The notes under the pieces were generated by a model. That model saw only the letters and a list, made by a program, of their open reading frames with translations, ran no database searches and was not told the DNA's origin. DNA of 64,000 nt from Dehalococcoidia bacterium (GTDB lineage Bacteria > Chloroflexota > Dehalococcoidia > Plut-88900), in NCBI GenBank assembly GCA_965249275.1, contig CBDFLQ010000006.1:96001-160000 (forward strand). Direction: 5' to 3'. The translations under genes were made by a program, and so were the position numbers. Shown here one piece after another: positions 40,241 through 49,495 of the stretch. The first letter of the stretch is position 1. Every line of letters begins with the position of its first letter.

Positions 40241-41499
40241 GTACCAAAGACCTCTATTACTTTGTCTAGTCCCTTGACCAGGGCGTCAATGTCAGACTTG
40301 GTGTTATAGAAAGCTAGCGACGCCCTGGCCGTCGCCGCAATCCCGAAGTGCTGCATCACCGGCTGGGCGCAGTGGTGCCCCGTCCGGATCGCCACCCCTT
40401 CCGTGTCCAGTATCGTTCCCACGTCATGGGCGTGAATGCCGTCCAGCAGGAAAGATACTACCCCCGCCTTCTTACGCGCCGTCCCCAGAATCCGCACCCG
40501 TTCTATCGATGATAGCGCCTCGTGGGCGTAGCTCAACAACGAGCTTTCATACTCTGAGATGCGTCCCATCCCCACTTCCTGCACATAGTCAATTGCCGCG
40601 CCCAACCCTATAGCTCCGGCTATGTTCGGCGTCCCAGCCTCGAATTTGTAGGGCAAGTCGTTGTACACGGTCTTTTCAAAAGTCACCGACTTGATCATGT
40701 CCCCACCGCCCTGGTAGGGAGGCATCGATTCAAGCAGGTCGGCTTTGCCGTAAAGCACTCCCATCCCCGTCGGCCCGAACACCTTGTGGGAGGAAAATGC
40801 CAGGAAGTCACAGTCGATGTCCTGCACGTCCACCGGGCCATGAGGCACGGCCTGCGCCGCGTCGATAAGCACTGGAATGCCCCGACTGTGGGCCATCTCA
40901 ACTATCGTCTTCACAGGGTTAACGGTTCCCAGCGCATTCGACGTGTGCGCCATGGACACCAGCTTCGTCCGAGGCCCCAGGATCCGCTCATACTCGTCTA
41001 TGAGCAGTTCCCCGTCCTCGTTGAAGGGAACAACCTTCAACACGGCCCCCGTCTGCTCGCACACCACCTGCCACGGCACAATGTTCGAGTGGTGCTCCAT
41101 CTCCGAGATCACGATCTCGTCCCCCGCCCCGACCCGGTCCCGGCCGTAGCTCGCAGCCACTAGGTTTATCCCGTCAGTCGTGCCCTTTACGAAGATGATT
41201 TCACGGTCCTCGGCTGCGTTTATGAACTTCCGCACCTTGGTTCGTGACCCTTCGTACTCTGCGGTCGCCATCTCGCTTAGAGCATGGAGCCCGCGGTGAA
41301 CATTGGAATTGTAGCGAGAGTAGTAATCGCTGATCGTGTCTATGACGGCTTGGGGTTTCTGGCTCGTGGCCGCATTGTCGAGATATACCAGCGGCTTGCC
41401 CCTGACCTCCTGGTTAAGGGCCGGGAACTCGCTTCTGAGCTTTGCGACCTCCCGCTCGTCCAGGGGCCTGGCGAGGTCTCTAGACACGGATGTGCTCAC
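40237..41499 (-). CDS. sufS: Cysteine desulfurase
   Basis: YLDNAATSQKP, EHHSN, SSHK, FEAGTP, RTGHHCA. Confidence 0.95.
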   Translation of the reverse strand: MSTSVSRDLARPLDEREVAKLRSEFPALNQEVRGKPLVYLDNAATSQKPQAVIDTISDYYSRYNSNVHRGLHALSEMATAEYEGSRTKVRKFINAAEDREIIFVKGTTDGINLVAASYGRDRVGAGDEIVISEMEHHSNIVPWQVVCEQTGAVLKVVPFNEDGELLIDEYERILGPRTKLVSMAHTSNALGTVNPVKTIVEMAHSRGIPVLIDAAQAVPHGPVDVQDIDCDFLAFSSHKVFGPTGMGVLYGKADLLESMPPYQGGGDMIKSVTFEKTVYNDLPYKFEAGTPNIAGAIGLGAAIDYVQEVGMGRISEYESSLLSYAHEALSSIERVRILGTARKKAGVVSFLLDGIHAHDVGTILDTEGVAIRTGHHCAQPVMQHFGIAATARASLAFYNTKSDIDALVKGLDKVIEVFGT

Positions 41500-42824
41500 C
41501 GGGCCTCCTCGAATGCGCCGGACTCGGCGAACTTGGCGAACTCTCCGTCCACCAGGGTCATCAGGTGGTCTCTGATGCGGGAGTCGGCCACTTTCGCTAC
41601 AATCGATGTCGCAAAACCGTACGTCAATATTCGTTTTGCCTGCCCCGGCCCGATGCCACGGCTGGCCAAATAGAATATCTGCTCAGCGTCCAACTGGCCC
41701 ACCGTCGCTCCGTGGGAACACTTCAGGTCGTCTGCGAATATTTCCAGCTGGGGCTTGGTGTCGACCATCGCCTTGTCTGAAATCAAAAGGTTGTTATTGG
41801 CCTGCTGCGCGTCGACCTGATGAGTCCCGCGCCGCGCTATCACCTTGCCGTTGAACACTCCCCTGGCGCTGCCTGCCAAAACTCCCTTATACAGCTGCCG
41901 ACTTGGCGTGAACGAACTCCTGTGGTCCACCGACGTATGGTTGTCCACGTGACAGTTTTCCGAGGCTATGTACAGCCCGTTCATTTCGCACGTCGCTCCC
42001 TCTCCATCCAGCCTCACCGATAGATCATTCCGCCCTATCTTGGCCCCTATGTCCAGTGAAAAAGAAGAGAGCTCGCTGTTTCTCGCAAGCGTCGCGTTGG
42101 TCGTCCCGACGTGATAGGCCTTAGTCCCCTCTGCCTGTACCTTGAAATAATCTAGTCGAGCCCCGGGCCCTATCACAATTTCTGTAACCGCATTGGTCAG
42201 GTAAACGCCGTCACCGCCGCCGTACTGCTCTATCATCGTGGCCCGGGCGCCCTCCCCCAAGACGATCAGATTGTACGGATTGGCCATGCACGGAGTCGGC
42301 CCCGAGTCCGCAGCGAATGAGAGCACAATAGGCGAAGGCGCCGCTGCACCGGCGGGCACGTGTACGAATCCACCGTCCCTGAGGAAAGCATTGTTAAGTG
42401 CGACAAACCCGTTGGGTCGCTCGGCGGACTGCCTGTTCAGGTGCGGTTCTATCAGCTCCGGCGAATCTCGCAGCGCCGAGGCCAGACTCATCACCCGAAT
42501 CGAATCTGGCAACCCTTCCCCCGATAGTGCCCGGCCAACGCACAGCCCTCCGCAGAAGATTAGTCCAGGAAAGTCTGGTACCAGCGACGAAGCCGCATCC
42601 GCTCCTGTCCTGCCCGCCAGCGCAAAGCTCTGCCTGGCTATCGGCGCGACGTTCGTGTATTTCCAGTCCTCGTTCCGAGTTGTGGGGAAGCCCAGCGTCT
42701 CGAATTCACGGAAGGCTTCTCGGCGGAGCGATTTCAGCCAAGCCGGGGCCCGATCGTCTTCTGACGATTGAAGGGACTCCAACTGACCGGCATATGAGTA
42801 GTCGCTGCTACGGACCTGCACCAA
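41496..42824 (-). CDS. sufD: Fe-S assembly protein SufD
   Basis: EDWKYT, KPQLEIFADDLKCSHGAT, FYLASRG. Confidence 0.93.
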   Translation of the reverse strand: MVQVRSSDYSYAGQLESLQSSEDDRAPAWLKSLRREAFREFETLGFPTTRNEDWKYTNVAPIARQSFALAGRTGADAASSLVPDFPGLIFCGGLCVGRALSGEGLPDSIRVMSLASALRDSPELIEPHLNRQSAERPNGFVALNNAFLRDGGFVHVPAGAAAPSPIVLSFAADSGPTPCMANPYNLIVLGEGARATMIEQYGGGDGVYLTNAVTEIVIGPGARLDYFKVQAEGTKAYHVGTTNATLARNSELSSFSLDIGAKIGRNDLSVRLDGEGATCEMNGLYIASENCHVDNHTSVDHRSSFTPSRQLYKGVLAGSARGVFNGKVIARRGTHQVDAQQANNNLLISDKAMVDTKPQLEIFADDLKCSHGATVGQLDAEQIFYLASRGIGPGQAKRILTYGFATSIVAKVADSRIRDHLMTLVDGEFAKFAESGAFEEAR

Positions 42825-42856
42825 TGTGGGTTTCTCCCTGGGGATTGGAGGGCCGG

Positions 42857-43612
42857 TTAAGCCTTGGCTGCCTGATCACGCACCCAGTCGTAGCCCTGCT
42901 CTTCCAGGTGGTGGGCCAGGCTCCCGTCGCCCGACTCTACAATGCGTCCGTCCATCAGCACGTGAACGTAGTCCGGGTCAACGTAATCTAGCATCCTCTG
43001 ATAGTGGGTAATGAGGACTACGGCCTTCGAGGGGCTCCGAAGCTGGTTGATCCCCTCGGCTACGATTCTGAGGGCGTCGATGTCCAGGCCGGAGTCCGTC
43101 TCGTCCAGCACTGCCAGATCGGGCTCAAGAACGGCCATCTGGAGAATTTCATTCCTCTTCTTTTCACCGCCGGAAAAGCCGTCGTTCAGGGGTCGCGACA
43201 GATATGCCGAGTCCATCTCGACCACCTTCAGCTTGTCCTGAAGGAAGCGGTAGAACTCCACGGCGTCCATCTCAGGCAGGCCCCTGTACTGCTGCAGTGA
43301 GTTGTACGCGGTCTTCAAAAACTCCTGGTTTGATACCCCCGGAATCTCGTATGGGTACTGGAAAGCCATGAATACGCCTTCCCTGGCCCGGTCTTCCGGT
43401 GGCACGTCCAGCAGAGACTTGCCTTTGTATAGAATCTCACCCTTGGTGCAGGTGTACGAATGGTGCCCGGCTAATACACGAGCCAAGGTGCTCTTACCGG
43501 AGCCGTTCGGCCCCATGATGGCATGAAATTCCCCGGCCTTGACCGTGAGGTTTATACCCTTGAGGATAGGTACGTCCCCGACTCCCGCGTGAAGGTCTTT
43601 GATCTCGAGCAA
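42857..43612 (-). CDS. sufC: Fe-S assembly ATPase SufC
   Basis: GPNGSGKST, FQYP, FSGGEKKRNE, DETDSGLDID. Confidence 0.96.
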   Translation of the reverse strand: MLEIKDLHAGVGDVPILKGINLTVKAGEFHAIMGPNGSGKSTLARVLAGHHSYTCTKGEILYKGKSLLDVPPEDRAREGVFMAFQYPYEIPGVSNQEFLKTAYNSLQQYRGLPEMDAVEFYRFLQDKLKVVEMDSAYLSRPLNDGFSGGEKKRNEILQMAVLEPDLAVLDETDSGLDIDALRIVAEGINQLRSPSKAVVLITHYQRMLDYVDPDYVHVLMDGRIVESGDGSLAHHLEEQGYDWVRDQAAKA

Positions 43613-43629
43613 GTCGGTTCCGCCTCCGC

Positions 43630-45066
43630 CTACCCCGTCGACCCTTCGAGACTCACCCCGAGAAGCCGACTCGCCTCCACCGCAAACTCAAAAGGTAGTT
43701 TCTTCACCACGTCCCGGCAGAACCCGCTGACTATCAGCCCTACGGCATTCTCCAGCGAGATGCCCCTCTGCTGGCAGTAAAACAGCTGCTCCTCGTTTAT
43801 CTTGGAGGTGGTTGCCTCGTGCTCCATGTTGGAGGAGCTGTTCTTAACTTCCACGTATGGGAAGGTGTGGGCACCGCACTGGTCCCCGATAAGCAGGGAG
43901 TCGCACTGGGTGTAGTTCTTGGAACCCCCCGCCCTTGGCCCGATTCGCACCAAGCCCCGGTACGTGTTGTTCCCGTGCCCCGCCGATATGGCCTTGGACA
44001 CTATTGTGCTTTTCGTGTCCCGGCCCAGGTGGATCATCTTCGTGCCCGTGTCCGCCTGCTGGTAGTTGTTGGTCAGCGCTATCGAGTAGAACTCACCAAC
44101 GGACCGGTCTCCCTGCAAAATAACACCCGGGTACTTCCAGGTTATCGCCGATCCCGTCTCAACCTGCGTCCACGATATCCGAGAGTCATCTCCCGCACAC
44201 TTGCCCCGCTTCGTGACGAAATTATAGATGCCGCCCTTGCCATTCTTGTCACCAGGGTACCAGTTCTGTACGGTCGCGTACTTGATCTCGGCGTTCCCGA
44301 GAGCCACCAGTTCGACAACTGCGGCATGAAGCTGGTTCTCATCCCGCATCGGCGCCGTGCAGCCTTCCAGGTAGCTCACGTAGCTGCCCTCGTCGGCCAC
44401 GATCAGCGTTCTCTCGAACTGCCCTGTGTCCCGAGCGTTGATCCTGAAATAGGTGGAAAGCTCGACAGGACACCTGACTCCCTTCGGGATATAACAGAAT
44501 GACCCATCGCTGAATACTGCCGAGTTGAGCGTCGCGAAGAAGTTGTCGGTATAAGGCACCACAGACCCCAGATACTTCTTAATCAGATCCGGGTATTTGT
44601 GCACAGCCTCAGAGAAGGAGCAGAAAATGATACCTATCTTGGCCAGCCGCTCCTGGTGAGTCGTGGCCACCGACACGCTGTCGAACACCGCGTCCACCGC
44701 GACTCCAGCCAACCACTTCTGCTCATCCAGGGAAATGCCCAGCTTTTCGTAGGTCTCCAGAAGCTCGGGGTCCACTTCGTCCAGGCTGTTGGGAGCCTTC
44801 TTGGGTGCGGCAAAGTAAACAATATCTTGATAGTCGATTGGCGGATAGGTGACATTCTGCCAGGAGGGTTCCTTCATCGTGAGCCAATGCCGGTAGGCTC
44901 GCAGCCGCCATTCCAGCATGAATTCGGGCTCGCCCTTTTTCGCCGAGATCCACCGGACTACGTCTTCACTAAGGCCGGGCGCCAACCTATCCTGTTCAAT
45001 ATCAGTGACGAAACCGTACTTGTATTCTTGGTCGGCTATTGCCTGGATTGTGGCCTTGCTTGCCAT
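43630..45066 (-). CDS. sufB: Fe-S assembly protein SufB
   Basis: [30 protein letters not shown]. Confidence 0.96.
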   Translation of the reverse strand: MASKATIQAIADQEYKYGFVTDIEQDRLAPGLSEDVVRWISAKKGEPEFMLEWRLRAYRHWLTMKEPSWQNVTYPPIDYQDIVYFAAPKKAPNSLDEVDPELLETYEKLGISLDEQKWLAGVAVDAVFDSVSVATTHQERLAKIGIIFCSFSEAVHKYPDLIKKYLGSVVPYTDNFFATLNSAVFSDGSFCYIPKGVRCPVELSTYFRINARDTGQFERTLIVADEGSYVSYLEGCTAPMRDENQLHAAVVELVALGNAEIKYATVQNWYPGDKNGKGGIYNFVTKRGKCAGDDSRISWTQVETGSAITWKYPGVILQGDRSVGEFYSIALTNNYQQADTGTKMIHLGRDTKSTIVSKAISAGHGNNTYRGLVRIGPRAGGSKNYTQCDSLLIGDQCGAHTFPYVEVKNSSSNMEHEATTSKINEEQLFYCQQRGISLENAVGLIVSGFCRDVVKKLPFEFAVEASRLLGVSLEGSTG

Positions 45067-45121
45067 CTGTATTATCCGTCTCGACTTAGTATTTGGGTAT
45101 GCGAGGCTGGTCTATTACATC

Positions 45122-45158
45122 AAAAACCGGGGCCTGCCGGTAAAGCGGGGGCCCCGGT
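45122..45158 (-). terminator. Intrinsic terminator-like hairpin about 55 nt upstream of sufB
   Basis: Minus strand ACCGGGGCC...GGCCCCGGT followed by TTTT. Confidence 0.55.
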
Positions 45159-45291
45159 GAGCCACCGAGTTGAATGTCTAGGGGAATTATAATCTGTTTT
45201 GTTATAAAAATCCATTGAACCCCCTCAGTCAGTCTCACCGCCGAGGCGTGAATCCACCCCCAGTGGCACACCCGCTCACCTGAATGCCTCC

Positions 45292-45643
45292 GTCATTCCG
45301 GCCGGCGAGAGCCGGAATCCATCCCCGGTGGCGGGGCCGTGTCCGGTCCCCTCTCCCGTCGGAGGGAGAGGGGTAGGGTGAGGGTGATTCTCCCACCCCT
45401 CCCCCCGAGCCCCGGAATCCATCTCCAGTGGCAGGGCCGCTCACCCTGAGCGCCGTCGAAGGGTCGAGCGGGGGGGGGAGGCCCCGCACTGCCAAACCGT
45501 CGCACCCGTCCAACACCCCCCTCCCCCCTTGGCAACGATATATCAGTAAAACAGGGTGGGTGGGCGGGTACCAATTAAACGGGGTGGCCGGGAGGCGTCC
45601 TACCCCCTCTCCCTCCGATGGGAGAGGGGTGGGGTGAGGGTGA
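45292..45643. repeat. REP mosaic paralogous to 32391-32766
   Basis: Families C, B, D and B plus AACGATATATCAGTAAAACAGGG. Confidence 0.8.
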
Positions 45644-45670
45644 CCTTTCCCCAAAAGTGACACGAACCCC

Positions 45671-45700
45671 TTGACCCAATCGAAACACATGTACTATATT
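45671..45700 (+). promoter_or_regulatory. Sigma70 promoter with LexA-like operator (element 2)
   Basis: TTGACC-N18-TATATT with AAACACATGTAC in the spacer. Confidence 0.65.
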
Positions 45701-45882
45701 CGCCCCAGGCTCCGACCTTGTACGTCGGCCCTAATAAGGAAAGGACTAAAGGAGTCCCATGAGTCGCACCAGCCTAATCAGGCCCCGTCACACCCGAGCG
45801 GTATGGAACCGCCCGGCGCCCGACACGCGCCTCCTCCCGAGTCCCTCTTTCAACACCGTGTCCCTCGGATTCCCTCTACCAA

Positions 45883-46285
45883 GCGATGGAAGGTCCTTCG
45901 ACTGTCGGCGGCATTCTCCCTCTAAGGGCCTTTGCCGATATATCGCCCCCTCATCCGGGCGTTTGCTCCTCGCCGACTTTACCCTCGCCGAGGATATATC
46001 CGCGTCTTTTGACGCGTTTGCCAGGGCCTTAGTGCCCTTATCCGGCTCCACCACCCGCTGTAACTGGAGATTCTCCTTCGGTCCACCGCGGCATCGAGTC
46101 GTTATGCCGTCCCACGCAGCGGTCGAGCGCTGCCGCCGGACGGATAATCCCCACCCAGAGACGCCCTCGACTTCGGTATGTCTCCTCCGACATGCGTGGG
46201 GATATCGCAGGACAGCCGTCGACGCCACCGGCGTCGGCGCAGGTGTCGTCGTCTTCCTGCTTACCAGTCCCGGACCTTCCATCGC
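45883..46285 (+). ncRNA. Candidate large structured RNA, copy 2
   Basis: Perfect 14-bp closing stem GCGATGGAAGGTCC / GGACCTTCCATCGC; homologous to copy 1. Confidence 0.55.
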
Positions 46286-46302
46286 CTCCCCTTCCTTTGC
46301 CC

Positions 46303-46338
46303 CATTCCCAGGCTCCGTGAGGAATCTCGGACTTGCCC
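46303..46338 (+). repeat. REP-like family A, degenerate
   Basis: CATTCCCAGGCTCCGTGAGGAATCTCGGACTTGCCC. Confidence 0.65.
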
Positions 46339-46793
46339 ACTCACCTATCTCTGCCCTCCCAGCCACTCAGCCGAAATCCAGGTGGGGAGGCCCCTCACCC
46401 CGCCACCCACGAAAGGAACCCGCCTATCTGCTCACATCCCCCACTCTCCCAACCGAGCAGCCAAAGAAAACGTCCCTTTTCCAAAACAATCAAAATTCGT
46501 GTCTCTAACCGAAATTCAATCAACCCCCCCATCGGGACAACCCCCACAAAAGGAGACCGCCTGCTAGCCCATACCCCCCACTCACCCCCCACAATCGAAG
46601 ATCCGCCTCAGGAGGACTAAATATCGCACCTTCCGGGGCCTGGCATCTGGCCCTCACTGAACGGGTCAAAGGGACAGCGTACTGGCGAGAAGGCACCCTT
46701 TACCCTCATCAACCTTCCCCTCCCGGTTGACGCCCACGCACCCGCTTATTACAGTTGTCTCCCGAGACGACCATCCCGAAGGGAGTACCCGAC

Positions 46794-48191
46794 TTGACCT
46801 CTGAACAACCCACCCGAATAGAAAAAGACTCCATGGGCCCAATGGAGGTCCCCGCCGACGCCTACTACGGCGCTTCGACCATGCGGGCTGTCCTCAATTT
46901 TCCCATCAGTGACCTGAGGTTCCCCCGTTCCTTCATCCGAGCCCTCGGCCTTATAAAGCTCACCGCCGCCGAGGTTAACTCCAGCCTCGGATTGCTGGAA
47001 CCCGACAAGAAAGACGCCATCGTCCAGGCCGCCCAGGAAGTCGTCGACGGCAAACTTGACGACCATTTCGTCCTCGATGTCTTCCAGACTGGCTCCGGCA
47101 CCTCCACGAACATGAACGCCAACGAGGTCATCGCCAACCGAGCCTCCGAGATCATGGGCGGCGATATCGGCTCCCGTATCGTCCATCCCAACGACCACGT
47201 AAACAAGGGCCAGTCTTCCAACGACGTCATCCCCACAACAATGCACCTCGCTGCCCTTACCGAAATCGAGACCAATCTCATCCCCGCCCTCCAGCGCACA
47301 CAGGCCGCCCTTGAATCCAAGTCCCGAGAGTTCTGGGACATCATCAAGACTGGTCGCACTCACCTGCAGGACGCGACCCCCGTGCGGCTCGGGCAGGAGT
47401 TTCTTGGTTACGCAGGCCAGATCCAGCTCGGCATCCGACGCCTCTCCCACGCCCGAGAAGAGCTTTCACAGGTCGCCCTCGGCGGCACCGCTGTCGGCAC
47501 GGGGGTCAACACCCACCCCGAGTTCTCAGCAAGAGTCACCGCCCGCGTCTCCGAGCTCGGCGGTGTGGAAATTCGAGAAACCGAGAACCACTTCCAGGCC
47601 CAGAACACCCTCGACGCCGTCGTCGAGTCCAGCGCCGTCCTACGCACCATCGCCATCAGCCTTACCAAGATAGCCAACGACATCCGGTGGATGGGCTCAG
47701 GCCCGAGGGCTGGCATCGGAGAGCTTGCCCTGCCGGAAGTTCAGCCCGGAAGCTCCATCATGCCCGGCAAGGTCAACCCGGTCATTCCGGAATCCGTCAT
47801 CCAGGTCTGCGCCCAGGTCAAAGGCAACGATACGGCCATCGCCGCTGCGGCCCAGGACAGCTACTTCGAGATCAACCTGATGATGCCCGTCGCCGCCTAC
47901 AATCTCCTGCAGTCAATCTCCATACTCGCCGCCGCCGCGGACAACTTCACCGGCCAGTGCATCGAGGGCCTCCAGGCCACCGACCGGGGCCCCCAAACCG
48001 TGGAGCGAGGCCTTATGATCGGCACCTCCCTGGCCCCCGTCATCGGCTACGACCTCGCCGCCCAAATCGCCAAGGAAGCCGCGAAGAGTGACCGCACCAT
48101 CCGTGAGGTCGCCCGAGAGCTCACCAACCTCTCCGAGGAAGACCTCTCCCGCATCCTAGACCCCAAAACCATGGTCGAACCCCGCGCCTAG
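46794..48191 (+). CDS. fumC: Class II fumarate hydratase
   Basis: RIEKDSMG, QTGSGTSTNMNANE, HPNDHVN, GRTHLQDATP, GSSIMPGKVNP; start taken as TTG after AAGGGAG. Confidence 0.95.
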   Translation: MTSEQPTRIEKDSMGPMEVPADAYYGASTMRAVLNFPISDLRFPRSFIRALGLIKLTAAEVNSSLGLLEPDKKDAIVQAAQEVVDGKLDDHFVLDVFQTGSGTSTNMNANEVIANRASEIMGGDIGSRIVHPNDHVNKGQSSNDVIPTTMHLAALTEIETNLIPALQRTQAALESKSREFWDIIKTGRTHLQDATPVRLGQEFLGYAGQIQLGIRRLSHAREELSQVALGGTAVGTGVNTHPEFSARVTARVSELGGVEIRETENHFQAQNTLDAVVESSAVLRTIAISLTKIANDIRWMGSGPRAGIGELALPEVQPGSSIMPGKVNPVIPESVIQVCAQVKGNDTAIAAAAQDSYFEINLMMPVAAYNLLQSISILAAAADNFTGQCIEGLQATDRGPQTVERGLMIGTSLAPVIGYDLAAQIAKEAAKSDRTIREVARELTNLSEEDLSRILDPKTMVEPRA

Positions 48192-48202
48192 AGTTTCTCC
48201 AG

Positions 48203-48240
48203 AAAAGAAAGCGTCGGCGCAATGCGCCGACGCTTTTCCT
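48203..48240. terminator. Intrinsic terminator after fumC, probably bidirectional
   Basis: AAAGCGTCGGCGC-AAT-GCGCCGACGCTTTT. Confidence 0.85.
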
Positions 48241-48326
48241 ATCCTATTACGCCCCTATTCCATCCGTCATTCCCGAGAAATCGGGCTCACGAAGTACGGC
48301 CTATCCAGAGTTAAATGTTCAGGTAG

Positions 48327-49421
48327 CTACCCCGGAAACTGGATCACAGACCGCAACACCTCACCCCTCTCCATCTCCTCAAAAGCCTCCTCCACGTCCT
48401 CCAGCTTGATCAGCTTCGTCACCGCCCTGTCCAGGTCCAGCTTGCCCTGCAGGTACCAGTTGGCCAGCATCGGGAAGTCCCGAGACGGCAGGTTGTCCCC
48501 GTACCAGCTAACCTTCAAAGACCCCCCGAGCCCAAAGAACTGCAGCATAGGTAGTTCCATCACCATCGTCGGGTCCGGCACCCCGATCAGCGTGCACGTC
48601 CCCGCCAAGTCCCGAGACCACAGCGCCTGCAGCAACGTCGCCGGTGTCCCGACAGCCTCGAAGGAGTGGTCGACACCGTGGCCTCCCGTTATCTCCTTGA
48701 TCGCTTCAACCGGGTCGCCCTTGGTCGCATCGACTACGTGAGTAGCCCCGAAATCCTTGGCCCATGCCAGCTTGTTATCGGCTATGTCCACCCCGATGAT
48801 CGTCTTTGCATTAGCCAACTTGGCGCCCATGATCACGCTGCAACCCACCCCCCCGCATCCATAGACCGCCACCGTGCTCCCCCGACGCACGCCCCCCGTA
48901 TAAAGCGCCGCCCCGACTCCCGTGGTCACTCCGCAGCCGAGAAGACAGGCCTGCTCCGGCGGACATTCCCGGGGCACGGGTATAGCCTGCTTAGCCGACA
49001 CAACCGTATGCGAGCAAAACCCTCCGATTCCCAGCGCGGGCGAAAGCTGCTTCCCGTCGCTCTTGGCGAACATCCGAGGTTTCGCATTCAGGCTCGCCGA
49101 GCACAAATGCGGCTGCCCTATAGCGCAAAACCGGCAGTTGCCGCACGGCGCCCGCCAGGCGATCACCACGTATGCGCCTACAGCCGGAGATTCCACCCCC
49201 TCCCCCACCGACTCCACGATACCCGCAACCTCGTGCCCGAGCAGGAAGGGAAACTCATCGTTAATTTTGCCCAGCTTATAGTGGAGGTCGGTATGGCACA
49301 CCCCACTGGCCTGAATTCTTACCAGCACCTCACCGGGCCCCGGGTCCTCAACCACCATCTCCTCCACCCGTGTAGGCACACCCGCCTCCCTCGAAATCAC
49401 CGCCTGCGCTATCGTAGACAT
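48327..49421 (-). CDS. S-(hydroxymethyl)mycothiol dehydrogenase-like Zn-ADH (MscR type)
   Basis: GVCHTDLHY..INDEFPFLLGHE, RDLAGT, SWYGD.LPSRDFP. Confidence 0.8.
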   Translation of the reverse strand: MSTIAQAVISREAGVPTRVEEMVVEDPGPGEVLVRIQASGVCHTDLHYKLGKINDEFPFLLGHEVAGIVESVGEGVESPAVGAYVVIAWRAPCGNCRFCAIGQPHLCSASLNAKPRMFAKSDGKQLSPALGIGGFCSHTVVSAKQAIPVPRECPPEQACLLGCGVTTGVGAALYTGGVRRGSTVAVYGCGGVGCSVIMGAKLANAKTIIGVDIADNKLAWAKDFGATHVVDATKGDPVEAIKEITGGHGVDHSFEAVGTPATLLQALWSRDLAGTCTLIGVPDPTMVMELPMLQFFGLGGSLKVSWYGDNLPSRDFPMLANWYLQGKLDLDRAVTKLIKLEDVEEAFEEMERGEVLRSVIQFPG

Positions 49422-49495
49422 GTACAACCTCCGCGAAAGCTGAAATGTCCGAGTATCCTAACACAGTCCTCAGGAAAGCATCAGCAAAATCATAG

